Below are positions 29,921 through 39,205 of a DNA stretch of 64,000 bases, in pieces. The notes under the pieces were generated by a model that saw nothing but the letters and a program-made list of their open reading frames with translations, was not told the DNA's origin and searched no databases. The number at the start of each line of letters is the position of its first letter. The stretch's first letter is position 1. The stretch comes from Chlorobiota bacterium (lineage in GTDB: Bacteria; Bacteroidota; Ignavibacteria; OLB7): the NCBI GenBank assembly GCA_028287785.1, contig JAQBOZ010000004.1, positions 47,288-111,287 on the forward strand, given 5' to 3'. A program made the position numbers and the translations under genes.

Positions 29921-30298
29921 GGAACGTCGATGTATGGCCCCGGTGTTGGAACGGGGGAGAAGGGCCGGGAAATGGGCTGATGCAAGTTAATATAGATGCA
30001 GTGACGGCAAGAGCGAGGATAAAATTTCGGCACCGTTGCGAAATCATCACGAAGAGCTATTTTGCCTCCGTTACAATCGCGCTGGCGCTCGAATGTCCTC
30101 TTGAACAGCCCTCTGGCACGCGGATCGAAGCATCTCGGGGACATGCTGTCAGAATCTATCATAATGCAGGAGTCTTTTGCACGAAGCAGGTTCCTCCCAT
30201 CGAGTTGCTATCGATGAGGGCCGGGTAATTGCTACTATTTTTACGATGACGATCAATTATCCACCGAACCGCGCGAGCGGAGCAAAGGGCAAGCACTT

Positions 30299-31867
30299 AT
30301 GAGGACATCCTGGCAGATTCTCTGGGTTGACGACGAGATTGACTTGTTGCGTCCCCACATCAAACTTCTTCAGGCCAAGGGCTACAGCGTCGAAACCGTC
30401 ACCAACGGCGAGGACGCGATCGCGCTCGTGAAGAAACAGCCGTTCGATCTCGTCTTCCTTGACGAATCGATGGTTGGCATGGGAGGGCTGGAAACCCTGG
30501 CCGAGATCAAGGAGATCGACTCTTCGATCCCCGTGGTGATGGTCACCAAGAACGATGCTGAATCGGTGATGGACGAGGCGATCGGCCGCCGCATCTCCGA
30601 CTATCTCACCAAACCCGTCAACCCCACCCAGATCCTTCTGGCCTGCAAGAAATTCCTGGAAGGGAAGCGCATCGAGGCCGATTACGTTTCGCGCGATTAT
30701 ACCAAGGAATTCAGCCAGACCGCGGTTCAGTTGATGAACCCGATGGACTGGGAGGAGTGGATCGCCCTGTATGCGAAGCTCAGCCAGTGGGAGATCGAGT
30801 TCGATCGCCATCGCGGCCTTGGCTTCGAGCAGACGCTCGCCGATCAGAAGCGGGACGCCAACTCGGAATTCGGCAAATTCATCGAGAAGAATTATCCCGC
30901 CTGGCTCCAGGCGGACAAGGGGGACCGGCCCCTGCTGAGCACCGATATCGTGAGCGAGTACGTGATCCCGGCTGTGAAGAAGGATTCCGGCCCGGTGTTC
31001 TTTATCGTGGTGGACTGCATGCGGCTGGATCAGTGGCTGGTGTTCGAGGAACTGCTCGCCACCGATTTCCAGATCCAGCGCGACCACTATTTCGGCATCC
31101 TGCCGACGGCGACGCCGTACGCGCGGAACGCAATTTTCGCCGGCCTGTTTCCGTCGGAGATCGAGGCCCACTATCCCGACCTGTGGCAGGCTGGAAATGA
31201 CGACGATCACTCGCAGAACAAGTATGAGAAGGAGCTGCTCGACAAGCTGCTCCAGCGGAAGAAGGTGCAGTTGCGGAGCGGGGTCCGCTACGTCAAGATC
31301 ATCGATACCGATTTCGGTAAGAAAATTGAATCGGAGATCATGAGCTACTCGCAGTCGCAGTTGACTGCGGTGGTTGTGAATGCCGTTGATATGATGGCCC
31401 ATTCGCGGAGCGACTATCCGATTCTGAAGGAGATCGCTCCCGATGAGTCGGCCTACCGGTCGCTGACGCGAAGCTGGTTCGAGCATTCCAGCCTGTACGG
31501 GATGTTGAAGACGCTGGCAAAGGTCAGCAACATCCAGATCGTTATCACGACGGACCACGGTTCGATCCGCTGCATGCGTGGGGCGAAAGCGCTCGGCGAT
31601 CGAGAAACCTCGACCAATCTGCGCTATAAGTACGGCAGAAACGTCAAGGTGGACGATAAGTACGCAGTCCATATCCGGAACTCGGAGGACTACAAGCTCC
31701 CGAGACGCGGGATGCTGATCGATTATGTAATAGCTAAGGAGGATTACTACTTCGTCTATCCGACAGAGTATCATTATTACCTCAATCATTATCGCGACAG
31801 CTTTCAGCATGGCGGGATATCGATGGAGGAGATGATTCTCCCGGTAGTAACCCTGAAGCCCAGATAA
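30299..31867 (+). CDS. porX: PorX-type response regulator (CheY receiver fused to a PglZ/alkaline-phosphatase-superfamily domain)
   Basis: The N-terminus ILWVDDEIDLLRPHIKLLQAKGY...DLVFLDESM is a receiver domain. The C-terminal half (IVVDCMRLDQW ... TTDHGSIRC) is PglZ-like. The 522-aa length matches PorX architecture. Confidence 0.85.
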   Translation: MRTSWQILWVDDEIDLLRPHIKLLQAKGYSVETVTNGEDAIALVKKQPFDLVFLDESMVGMGGLETLAEIKEIDSSIPVVMVTKNDAESVMDEAIGRRISDYLTKPVNPTQILLACKKFLEGKRIEADYVSRDYTKEFSQTAVQLMNPMDWEEWIALYAKLSQWEIEFDRHRGLGFEQTLADQKRDANSEFGKFIEKNYPAWLQADKGDRPLLSTDIVSEYVIPAVKKDSGPVFFIVVDCMRLDQWLVFEELLATDFQIQRDHYFGILPTATPYARNAIFAGLFPSEIEAHYPDLWQAGNDDDHSQNKYEKELLDKLLQRKKVQLRSGVRYVKIIDTDFGKKIESEIMSYSQSQLTAVVVNAVDMMAHSRSDYPILKEIAPDESAYRSLTRSWFEHSSLYGMLKTLAKVSNIQIVITTDHGSIRCMRGAKALGDRETSTNLRYKYGRNVKVDDKYAVHIRNSEDYKLPRRGMLIDYVIAKEDYYFVYPTEYHYYLNHYRDSFQHGGISMEEMILPVVTLKPR

Positions 31868-31932
31868 CGGGCTGCTTTCCGCCTTATCGGGTCACGTGGA
31901 GGCGGGAGTTGGGTGACGAAGTAATCACAACT

Positions 31933-32427
31933 ATGGATACCGAGATATACTCTTCGTTCAGTGAGGAGGAAACATTTCAGCTTGGCATCGACTTTTCCGA
32001 GCGCATCAACGCCGGGGATATCGTTGCCTTCTATGGAGAGCTTGGCGCTGGGAAAACCGAATTCATCAAGGGTTTCTGCTACGGGATGAGGGTTGATGAA
32101 ATCGTCTCCAGTCCAACGTACACAATCGTCAATCAGTATGAGGGTGAAGATGCCCGGCGGCATACCGTCGACATCTACCATGTGGACCTCTATCGCATCG
32201 AGAATGCTGCTGAGTTGATTGAAGTCGGGTTGTACGATATCCTCTCCGACGCCGGATCGATCAAGCTGATCGAATGGGCGGAAAATGCTGAATCGATCCT
32301 GCCCGTGGTTCGCTACGATATCTCCTTCGTCACCCTCGACGATGAAAGCAGCCGGCGCATCGAGATTGTCCATCGCGATGGCGCAACTGTGGAAAACGAG
32401 CATACCCACGTCCTCAGCCGACGGTAG
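31933..32427 (+). CDS. tsaE: tRNA t6A37 biosynthesis ATPase TsaE
   Basis: It has the Walker A motif GELGAGKTEFIKG, plus SPTYTIVNQY and HVDLYRIE. The ATG at 31933 is preferred over the TTG at 31909. Confidence 0.85.
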   Translation: MDTEIYSSFSEEETFQLGIDFSERINAGDIVAFYGELGAGKTEFIKGFCYGMRVDEIVSSPTYTIVNQYEGEDARRHTVDIYHVDLYRIENAAELIEVGLYDILSDAGSIKLIEWAENAESILPVVRYDISFVTLDDESSRRIEIVHRDGATVENEHTHVLSRR

Positions 32428-32451
32428 TACAACAGAGATCCCTTACCTTCG

Positions 32452-32484
32452 GGCGGCTCCGTTTCAACGGGGCCGCCTTTGTTA
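32452..32484 (+). terminator. Intrinsic terminator after tsaE
   Basis: GGCGGCTCCG (32452-32461) pairs with CGGGGCCGCC (32468-32477), including one G-U pair. The loop is 6 nt and TTTGTTA follows. Confidence 0.6.
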
Positions 32485-32545
32485 TGTTGGAGCGCGTTGT
32501 TACGTTGGAGCGTTTCGTCGGGGCGGGTTTAAAACCCGCCCCGAC
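32481..32545. repeat. Tandem 14-mer pair (GTTAYGTTGGAGCG, two copies) followed by a 12-bp-arm palindrome
   Basis: The 14-mers are GTTATGTTGGAGCG (32481-32494) and GTTACGTTGGAGCG (32498-32511). The hairpin is TCGGGGCGGGTT-TTAA-AACCCGCCCCGA (32518-32545). Confidence 0.5.
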
Positions 32546-32584
32546 CCGACTTCGACTCCGACCGGCGCAGTCAGCAGTCAACAG

Positions 32585-35371
32585 ATGATGACGCATCTTC
32601 TCGCTCGATTATCCACGCTCCGTCTCGCCGTCAGCACTCTGCTGATCGCAAGCTCCGCCGCGCTGGCGCAGCCCGCCGATTCGGTGTTCCGGCTTGTCGC
32701 CACCAACATCGCAAGCCCGGAGGCCGTCGTCGATCTCCGCCTGGACTACGTACGGTACTATCACAGCGGGTCGGCCGCGGAGATGCTGAAGCTGATCGAA
32801 CATCCCGACGCGTCGCCGGCCGCGCTGGAGGCGAGCCGTTTCATGCGGTATGCGCTCGACCACGGCATCCGCGTTATCGCGCCGCTTCCCGGCTGGAGCC
32901 TCGATCTGAACCACATCCGCGCCTTTGAATCGTATGCCGGCTGGAATCACGACCGCATCGACAATTTTCCGTTCTACGATATCGCCGGCAGCCCCGTGTA
33001 CGATTCCGCCATGCACGGGCTGGTGAACGCGGTGCGGGTGCCGGCTGGGGCCGGGAGGCTGATTGCCGGGCGTCCCTCCTATCTGGCCGGCACGGTCTTC
33101 TTTCGGGGGGATGAACATCTCTACAAACGGCTTGGCCTTCCCGATCGCTCCACCTTCTTCCGCATCTCCGCCGCCCTCCGCATCGAGGGCATTCCCCCCG
33201 GCTATCCCGATTCCGGGCTGCTCGGCTATCTGCTTCTCTACCGTCGCGTCAGGACCGGCCAGGAGGAGTGCCGGTGCAACATCTATGAGAAATACGACAG
33301 CCTCCCGATCACCCGCCGCGCCTACCTGGATGCGCCGGAGGCGGGGAGCGGCTATCGCGATGTCGGCTGGACGCTCGATTTCACCAGGAGCCGGGAGTCG
33401 CGCGTGCGCGATTCGATCGTGATCCGCCAGACGACGGTTGCCGGTGCGATGCGGTCGGAGGAGATCTTCAGCCGGAAGCTCTATACCCCCGCCACGTTCG
33501 ATACGCTCCCCGGACGGGTCATCAGCTCGCGACTCGATACCGTTGCCATCAGCCGCGTCGATGGAGGTGCCCGGCTGCTTACAATCCTCCGCGTCGACAG
33601 CATTCAGCGCTATCACGTTGCGCTGGATGAGCGCCGGGGGGATGAGTGGCTGTATGGCTCGCCCGGCTCATGGTTCGGCTACGGCGACGGCGCGTGCGAG
33701 CACCGTTGCGACTCCCTCTTCCGCGCCGGCCGTTTCGGGCCTGACGCGATTCGCGAGTATCTGGAGGCGGGGGATTTCGATATGAAGCTCTTCTCCACCG
33801 GCGCGGCGCCGATAACCTTCCTCCGCGCGCGGATCAATCAGGACATGTACGATCTCCTCGTTGCGGGGGCGCTCGATTCCCTGATGGATCATGATCTGCG
33901 CCCCTTCTACGTCAGCGACACGCTGCAACGCCTCTATGGCCGCGCCGCGTTCGATGATGAGACAACCCACTCGAAGTACCGCCCGCACGGGTTCGTCGCG
34001 CGGAAACTTCAGGAGATCATGCGGCGGCATGGCGATACGCTTCGCGGATTGTGGCAGAACCCCATCGCCAACTACGATGGATTTCGTCTCCTCACCGGCG
34101 ATCTCGACAGCGCCGGGCGCACCGTTCAGCTGATGGCGCGGCAGGACTATCTTCAGATCGGAGATGTCGATGATGCCATTCCCATCTACTATCCCAACCC
34201 CGACAGCATGAGCTGGTGGGCCTCGCACAACATCTTCTCCCGAACCGACAGGATCACCGTTCAGGGGAGGCGCTACAAGGCCTGGAACCTTATCGCCCCG
34301 AACACCGATTCCGCCCGCCGGGAGTACGATCGTCGTCGTCAGGGGGGCTTCGGGCTCTTTCTGGATTCAAAACTCGGCGTGTCGGTAAAGCAGGGGGGGC
34401 TGGTGCCGCGGCTGGCTCGCGCGGTCGATGTGGCGAAAGTGGCCTACGCCGGGGTTCCGGGGCCGCCGCCGCTCGTCTGGAACTCGATTCAGGATATGGG
34501 ATGGCGCGTTCCCGCCCGTCCGCCACGCGATGAGCCGGGAGGCGGATGGGACCCGTGGGGGCTTCGTATCCCGACGCCGGAGGAGATCACCGCCCAGGCC
34601 TGGCTTTCGCTGAACTGCGGCGCGGACGGCCTTGTCTATACCGACGCGGAGTACAGCGGCGCCAACGTCGGCTTTATCCACGCGGTGGATGGGACGCACG
34701 ATCGCGAATATGCCTCGCTGCTCCCATCCAACAGCAGCGGCATCCTGACGGCCGCCGATACCCTCCGCTGGCGCGAGCCGCTGATGTGGGCCGGCTTCCG
34801 AAGCCGCTACGACGCGGTGAAACGGATGAACGATGAGATCCGCACGCTGGACTCCACCATCCACTTCCTCCGGCTGCGGTTTCGCGGCGAGCAGATGTCC
34901 GTGCACGACCCGCGGGGATCATTCACGATGTTTCCGCTGATCGACACGCTCTATACCATGCAGGCCCGTCGCCACGCCAGGGCCGGCGGCCGCTATCTCG
35001 ACTCCACGGCAGTCGATCCGCGCGAGGAAACCTACGTGGAGATCAGCCGGTTTCAGTCGGACGATGGGACCAGCTACCTGATCATCACCAACAGGCGGTG
35101 CTGGCCGGTGGACGAACGGAGATACGATACGGCCGCACGGCAATTCGGCGGCGGCCGGTCGGGCCTTGGAGCCGTCGATGTCCGCCGGCCCGTGATCCGG
35201 TTCAGGCCGGACGCGGGGGACCGGGGGGGGAGGATGATCTCGAAGGTCGGTCACGAGCGTGAATGGCCCACCCGCGAGGTTGTTCCGGGGGAGCCGATTT
35301 CGCTCGACTGGCTGGAGCCGGGGTGGGGAGCGGTCTATCGGGTCAGCCCCACAGGCCGGCGTTCACCGTAG
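32585..35371 (+). CDS. Hypothetical secreted protein (928 aa), family not recognised
   Basis: The ATG at 32585 gives the signal peptide MMTHLLARLSTLRLAVSTLLIASSAALAQ. Composition is coding-like throughout. A central segment (AQAWLSLNCGADGLVYTD) is faintly reminiscent of glycoside-hydrolase TIM barrels, which is weak evidence. Confidence 0.65.
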   Translation: MMTHLLARLSTLRLAVSTLLIASSAALAQPADSVFRLVATNIASPEAVVDLRLDYVRYYHSGSAAEMLKLIEHPDASPAALEASRFMRYALDHGIRVIAPLPGWSLDLNHIRAFESYAGWNHDRIDNFPFYDIAGSPVYDSAMHGLVNAVRVPAGAGRLIAGRPSYLAGTVFFRGDEHLYKRLGLPDRSTFFRISAALRIEGIPPGYPDSGLLGYLLLYRRVRTGQEECRCNIYEKYDSLPITRRAYLDAPEAGSGYRDVGWTLDFTRSRESRVRDSIVIRQTTVAGAMRSEEIFSRKLYTPATFDTLPGRVISSRLDTVAISRVDGGARLLTILRVDSIQRYHVALDERRGDEWLYGSPGSWFGYGDGACEHRCDSLFRAGRFGPDAIREYLEAGDFDMKLFSTGAAPITFLRARINQDMYDLLVAGALDSLMDHDLRPFYVSDTLQRLYGRAAFDDETTHSKYRPHGFVARKLQEIMRRHGDTLRGLWQNPIANYDGFRLLTGDLDSAGRTVQLMARQDYLQIGDVDDAIPIYYPNPDSMSWWASHNIFSRTDRITVQGRRYKAWNLIAPNTDSARREYDRRRQGGFGLFLDSKLGVSVKQGGLVPRLARAVDVAKVAYAGVPGPPPLVWNSIQDMGWRVPARPPRDEPGGGWDPWGLRIPTPEEITAQAWLSLNCGADGLVYTDAEYSGANVGFIHAVDGTHDREYASLLPSNSSGILTAADTLRWREPLMWAGFRSRYDAVKRMNDEIRTLDSTIHFLRLRFRGEQMSVHDPRGSFTMFPLIDTLYTMQARRHARAGGRYLDSTAVDPREETYVEISRFQSDDGTSYLIITNRRCWPVDERRYDTAARQFGGGRSGLGAVDVRRPVIRFRPDAGDRGGRMISKVGHEREWPTREVVPGEPISLDWLEPGWGAVYRVSPTGRRSP

Positions 35372-35464
35372 CAATTCGTTCGCGGCGGCTCATGAACCGG
35401 CCATGCTGCTTATATTCCGCAACTGGTTTTTTGGCGAACATCTTTCATGTGGATCTGATCATTC

Positions 35465-36154
35465 ATGCTTGTCGCGATCGAGACGACCGGGGATACGTGC
35501 GGCGTTGCCCTGTTCGATGGTAATACACTTCGCGGCGAGCTTCATGTGGAGATGCCGCGCTCGCACGACCGGCTGCTGGCGCATCTCTTCCAGCAGCTTC
35601 TGGAGGCCACGGAGGTAACGCCTCGCGAAATAAAATCGTTCGCCGTTTCCGTTGGCCCCGGCTCCTACACCGGCATCCGCATCGGCATGAGCTTCGCCAT
35701 CGGCGCGTCGCTGGCAACCGGCGCCGCGATCATCCCGGTTCCGACGCTGGACGCCATCGCGTTCGATGTTCGATATCTCGGGAACGTCAGCCATCGGTCG
35801 CGCGTGATCTCCCTGATTTCGGCGGGGCGCGGCGGGCTCTACGCGGGGCTGTACGAGATCACGCCGGAGTTCAATCGTCTGACCGAGACGAAGACGATCC
35901 CGGCCAGCCAGATTCCCCCTCTTCTCGATGAGAATGTCTTCGCCGCCGGGCCGGGCGCATCGTTGATCGACGCGTCATGCAGCGACAACATCGCCGTCGA
36001 TTCCGAGCGGTTGACGGCGGCGGCCATCGGGCGGCTGGGGCTTTATCTCAGCTATCGGGGAGTGGGATCGACCGCCGAGGATATCCGGCCGTTGTATATT
36101 AGCGATTACACCCCCGTGCTGACCCCGAAGAAGGGGAAGAAGGGAGGGCGATAA
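35465..36154 (+). CDS. tsaB: tRNA t6A37 biosynthesis protein TsaB
   Basis: Family motifs are MLVAIETTGDTCGVALF and SVGPGSYTGIRIGMSFAIG. Confidence 0.85.
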   Translation: MLVAIETTGDTCGVALFDGNTLRGELHVEMPRSHDRLLAHLFQQLLEATEVTPREIKSFAVSVGPGSYTGIRIGMSFAIGASLATGAAIIPVPTLDAIAFDVRYLGNVSHRSRVISLISAGRGGLYAGLYEITPEFNRLTETKTIPASQIPPLLDENVFAAGPGASLIDASCSDNIAVDSERLTAAAIGRLGLYLSYRGVGSTAEDIRPLYISDYTPVLTPKKGKKGGR

Positions 36155-36253
36155 CGTTCCCGGCGTTCTTCGCGCCGCGAATGCGGTTTCCGTATCGAGA
36201 ACATGGAGCGCAACCGATCGGCTTCATTCCGACTATCATTTCCGGATCGACAT

Positions 36254-37150
36254 ATGGCCTGGTTCAATCGTACGAAAAAGAATATCGAGGATCAGCAGGG
36301 ACGCGACATGCCGGACGGCCTCTGGGCAAAGTGCGGCGACTGCGGTGAGCTGATCTATAAACGGGATCTCGAAGAGAACTTCTTCACCTGCCCGAAGTGC
36401 AATCATCACTTCAGGATAGGCTCCGACGAGTATATCACCCTCCTCCTCGATCCCGACTCGTTTGCCGAGAGCGCGGCCGACCTTATCTCCACCGACCCGC
36501 TGGAGTTCGTGGATGAGAAGCCGTACAAGACGCGCGTGGAGCAGGGACGGCGGCGAACGGGCCTGAACGATGCCATCAGGATAGGCACCGGCGCGATCAA
36601 CGGGGCGGGGCTGGCGATGGCGATCATGGACTTCAGCTTTATCGGCGGGTCGATGGGCTCGGTGGTGGGGGAGAAGTTCGCGCGTGCCGTCGACCTTGCG
36701 CGCCACCAGAGGATACCGCTGGTGGCGATTACCGCATCGGGCGGGGCGCGGATGATGGAGGCGGCGATCTCCCTGATGCAGATGGCGAAAACCTCCGTCC
36801 AGCTTGCGCTGCTGGCCGAGGAGCGCATCCCCTACATCGTGGTCCTCACCGATCCCACCACCGGCGGCGTCACGGCCTCGTTCGCGATGCTTGGCGATGT
36901 GATCCTCGCCGAGCCGAAGGCGCTTATCGGGTTTGCCGGGCCTCGGGTGATCGAGCAGATGACCAAGAAGAAGCTCCCCGAGGGATTTCAGCGCTCGGAG
37001 TTCCAGCTCGAACATGGCTTTGTGGACCATATCGTTCACCGCAAGGAGCTGCGCGACACGCTTTCACGGCTCATCTCGCTGATGCCGATCCCGCCATTGC
37101 GGGTTCCGGCGACGAAGACCGAGCCCGCCACCGAGCTTTTCGAAGCATAG
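36254..37150 (+). CDS. accD: Acetyl-CoA carboxylase carboxyltransferase beta subunit
   Basis: The start at 36254 gives MAWFNRTKK. It has the zinc ribbon CGDCGELIYKRDLEENFFTCPKCNHH and the carboxyltransferase core FIGGSMGSVVGEK. Confidence 0.9.
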   Translation: MAWFNRTKKNIEDQQGRDMPDGLWAKCGDCGELIYKRDLEENFFTCPKCNHHFRIGSDEYITLLLDPDSFAESAADLISTDPLEFVDEKPYKTRVEQGRRRTGLNDAIRIGTGAINGAGLAMAIMDFSFIGGSMGSVVGEKFARAVDLARHQRIPLVAITASGGARMMEAAISLMQMAKTSVQLALLAEERIPYIVVLTDPTTGGVTASFAMLGDVILAEPKALIGFAGPRVIEQMTKKKLPEGFQRSEFQLEHGFVDHIVHRKELRDTLSRLISLMPIPPLRVPATKTEPATELFEA

Positions 37151-37183
37151 CCGGTGGATTTCCGTTCAACCAATCGAGAGTTT

Positions 37184-38155
37184 ATGCAGAAGGAGCAGGG
37201 AGCCAGGAAGGTCGGTCGCGCACCATCCAAACATCAGGATGCCAGGCGCCAGAATATCCATATCGTCGGTTTTCCGATGGATCTCGGCGCCGACCGGCGC
37301 GGGGTGGACATGGGGCCATCGGCGCTCCGCATTGCCGATATCGACGAGAAGCTGAGGGCGCTTGGCTATACGGTGATCGACGAGGGTGATATCGAGGTGC
37401 AGGTGCCGGAGGTGCTGAAGATCCTTGATCCCCATCTGAAGTATCTGCCGGAGATCGCCCACGCGTGCGAACGGCTTGCCCGGAAAGTGAAGCGGGTGCT
37501 GAAGGATGGGGAGTTTCCCCTCGTCCTCGGCGGCGATCACTCGATGGCGATCGGCACCATCGCCGGCGTGGCCGGCTACTGCCGGGATGCGAAGAAGCGG
37601 CTGGGGGTGATCTGGATCGATGCCCACTCCGATATCAACGTTCCGGGAACATCCCCATCGGGCAACATTCACGGCATGCCTGTGGCTGCCTCGATCGGCA
37701 TCGGCGCGCCTGAGCTTTCGGCGGTCGGCGGGTCGTTCAGAAAGCTCGATCCCACCAACATCGTGATGATCGGCCTCCGGTCGGTGGATGAAGGGGAGCG
37801 GAAGATCATTCGCGAGCAGGGGGTGACCACCTATACGATGACCGATATCGACCGCCTGGGCATCCATCGCGTGATGGAGGAATCGCTCGATTACCTCCGC
37901 GCGCGGACCGATCATATCCACGTCTCGTTCGATCTCGACAGCGTTGATCCGAGCGTGGCGATGGGGGTTGGAACGCCGGTGCCGGGGGGGCTTACCTACC
38001 GCGAGGCGCATCTGATCATGGAGATGATCGCGGAGCGCGGCGGGCTTGGATCGCTGGAGGTGGCCGAGGTTAACCCGATCCTCGACGACATGAACAAGGG
38101 GGCGCTCTTCGCCGCCGATCTGGTGGCGTCGGCGATGGGGAAGCGAATCCTGTGA
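37184..38155 (+). CDS. rocF: Arginase (ureohydrolase family)
   Basis: Mn-binding motifs are GGDHSMAIG, IWIDAHSDIN, SFDLDSVDP and EVNP. The arginase-type SGNIHGMPVA is also present. The start is uncertain (37154 or 37184). Confidence 0.8.
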   Translation: MQKEQGARKVGRAPSKHQDARRQNIHIVGFPMDLGADRRGVDMGPSALRIADIDEKLRALGYTVIDEGDIEVQVPEVLKILDPHLKYLPEIAHACERLARKVKRVLKDGEFPLVLGGDHSMAIGTIAGVAGYCRDAKKRLGVIWIDAHSDINVPGTSPSGNIHGMPVAASIGIGAPELSAVGGSFRKLDPTNIVMIGLRSVDEGERKIIREQGVTTYTMTDIDRLGIHRVMEESLDYLRARTDHIHVSFDLDSVDPSVAMGVGTPVPGGLTYREAHLIMEMIAERGGLGSLEVAEVNPILDDMNKGALFAADLVASAMGKRIL

Positions 38156-38193
38156 CCCTCTCCGGCGGATTACCAACCACGGATTCTCCATCG

Positions 38194-39036
38194 ATGAAGC
38201 TGATCGAGAGCATGGCGGAGATCCGCCTGATGTGCGACGCCCTCCGGCGTGAGGGGAAGCGGATAGGGCTGGTGCCGACGATGGGATATCTCCACGACGG
38301 GCATCTTACCCTGGTGAACCGGGCGCGGCGCGCCGCGGATGTGGTGATCGCCACGATCTTCGTCAACCCGACGCAGTTCGCCGCCGGGGAGGATCTCTCC
38401 ACCTATCCTCGCGATCCCGACGGGGACCGGCGGAAGCTGGAGGAGGCCGGATGCGATATCCTCTATCTCCCGCGGCACGATGAGATCTATCCCGATGGAT
38501 TTGCCAGCTATGTCACGGTGGAGGGGCTTGCCCTGAAGTACGAGGGGGCCTTCCGTCCTACGCATTTCCGTGGCGTTGCGACGATCGTGGCGAAGTTCTT
38601 CAACATCATGAATCCCGATGTTGCCGTCTTCGGGCGGAAGGATGCCCAGCAGGTCGCGGTGATCCGGCAGGTGATTCGCGATCTGAGCTACGGCGTCCGG
38701 CTGATCGTGGAGGATACGGTGCGGGAGCCGGACGGGCTGGCGATGAGCTCGCGGAATGTCTACCTCTCGCCGGAGGAGCGGGAGGAGTCGCTCTCCATCT
38801 CCCGTGCCCTCGGTGCCGCCCGCGATGCCATCGCCGGCGGAGTTCCGGTCGATGAGGCCGAGCATCTGCTGCGCGCGACGCTTTCGCCGGTGATCGTGCT
38901 TGATTACGCCGACATCATCGACCCGCGCACGTTCGAGCATGGCGTGGATGGCGGCGAGCTGCTCGGCATCTTCGCCGGAAGGGTGGGGCGGACCCGGTTG
39001 ATCGATAACATGGTGATGAGCGCCGTGGAGGGGTAA
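38194..39036 (+). CDS. panC: Pantoate-beta-alanine ligase
   Basis: GLVPTMGYLHDGHLTLV carries the HIGH-like motif. The ATG at 38194 is preferred, since the longer ORF overlaps the arginase stop. Confidence 0.9.
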   Translation: MKLIESMAEIRLMCDALRREGKRIGLVPTMGYLHDGHLTLVNRARRAADVVIATIFVNPTQFAAGEDLSTYPRDPDGDRRKLEEAGCDILYLPRHDEIYPDGFASYVTVEGLALKYEGAFRPTHFRGVATIVAKFFNIMNPDVAVFGRKDAQQVAVIRQVIRDLSYGVRLIVEDTVREPDGLAMSSRNVYLSPEEREESLSISRALGAARDAIAGGVPVDEAEHLLRATLSPVIVLDYADIIDPRTFEHGVDGGELLGIFAGRVGRTRLIDNMVMSAVEG

Positions 39037-39205
39037 GCCGGCTGCAATCAACACTTACTTTTTTCGTCTTTGCCGGGGGCCGAATTTAGGGTCCATAACC
39101 GTGTGTCCGGCAACGGACTCGATGCCCTGAGCGATGCCCGGTTCGCGCCGGGAATGCCCTCGACATCGTAATCGTATCACCTGGATAACTACTCCGAGCC
39201 AGCCG

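Noticed and set aside
27251-29980. There are very long ORFs antisense to real genes. Examples are 27251..29980 (909 aa), 7382..9418 (678 aa), 13642..14979 (445 aa), 16749..17807, 20147..21367, 51654..52703, 59429..60709, 3935..5500 and 11638..12597.
   Set aside because: The five I checked by arithmetic (27251..29980, 13642..14979, 51654..52703, 16749..17807 and 59429..60709) are all in the codon-aligned antisense frame. Stops in that frame require sense-strand TTA, CTA or TCA codons, which a GC-rich genome avoids. Their translations are Arg/Gly/Pro/Ala-rich and family-less, while the opposite strand carries clear conserved motifs.
30257-31810. A 517-aa ORF lies almost exactly co-extensive with porX on the opposite strand.
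   Set aside because: It has the same codon-aligned antisense explanation. The plus strand encodes an unmistakable receiver + PglZ protein, and the minus-strand product has no recognisable features.
30299-31867. A PglZ domain might mark a BREX/Pgl phage-defence locus.
   Set aside because: The PglZ domain is fused to a CheY receiver in the PorX architecture. None of the other BREX/Pgl genes (large methyltransferase, BrxC-type ATPase, BrxL and so on) is nearby. The neighbours are T9SS-related and tsaE.
32285-32584. The ORF 32285..35371 has a 100-aa N-terminal extension.
   Set aside because: The extension overlaps the tsaE coding region and its terminator. The ATG at 32585 gives a clean signal peptide.
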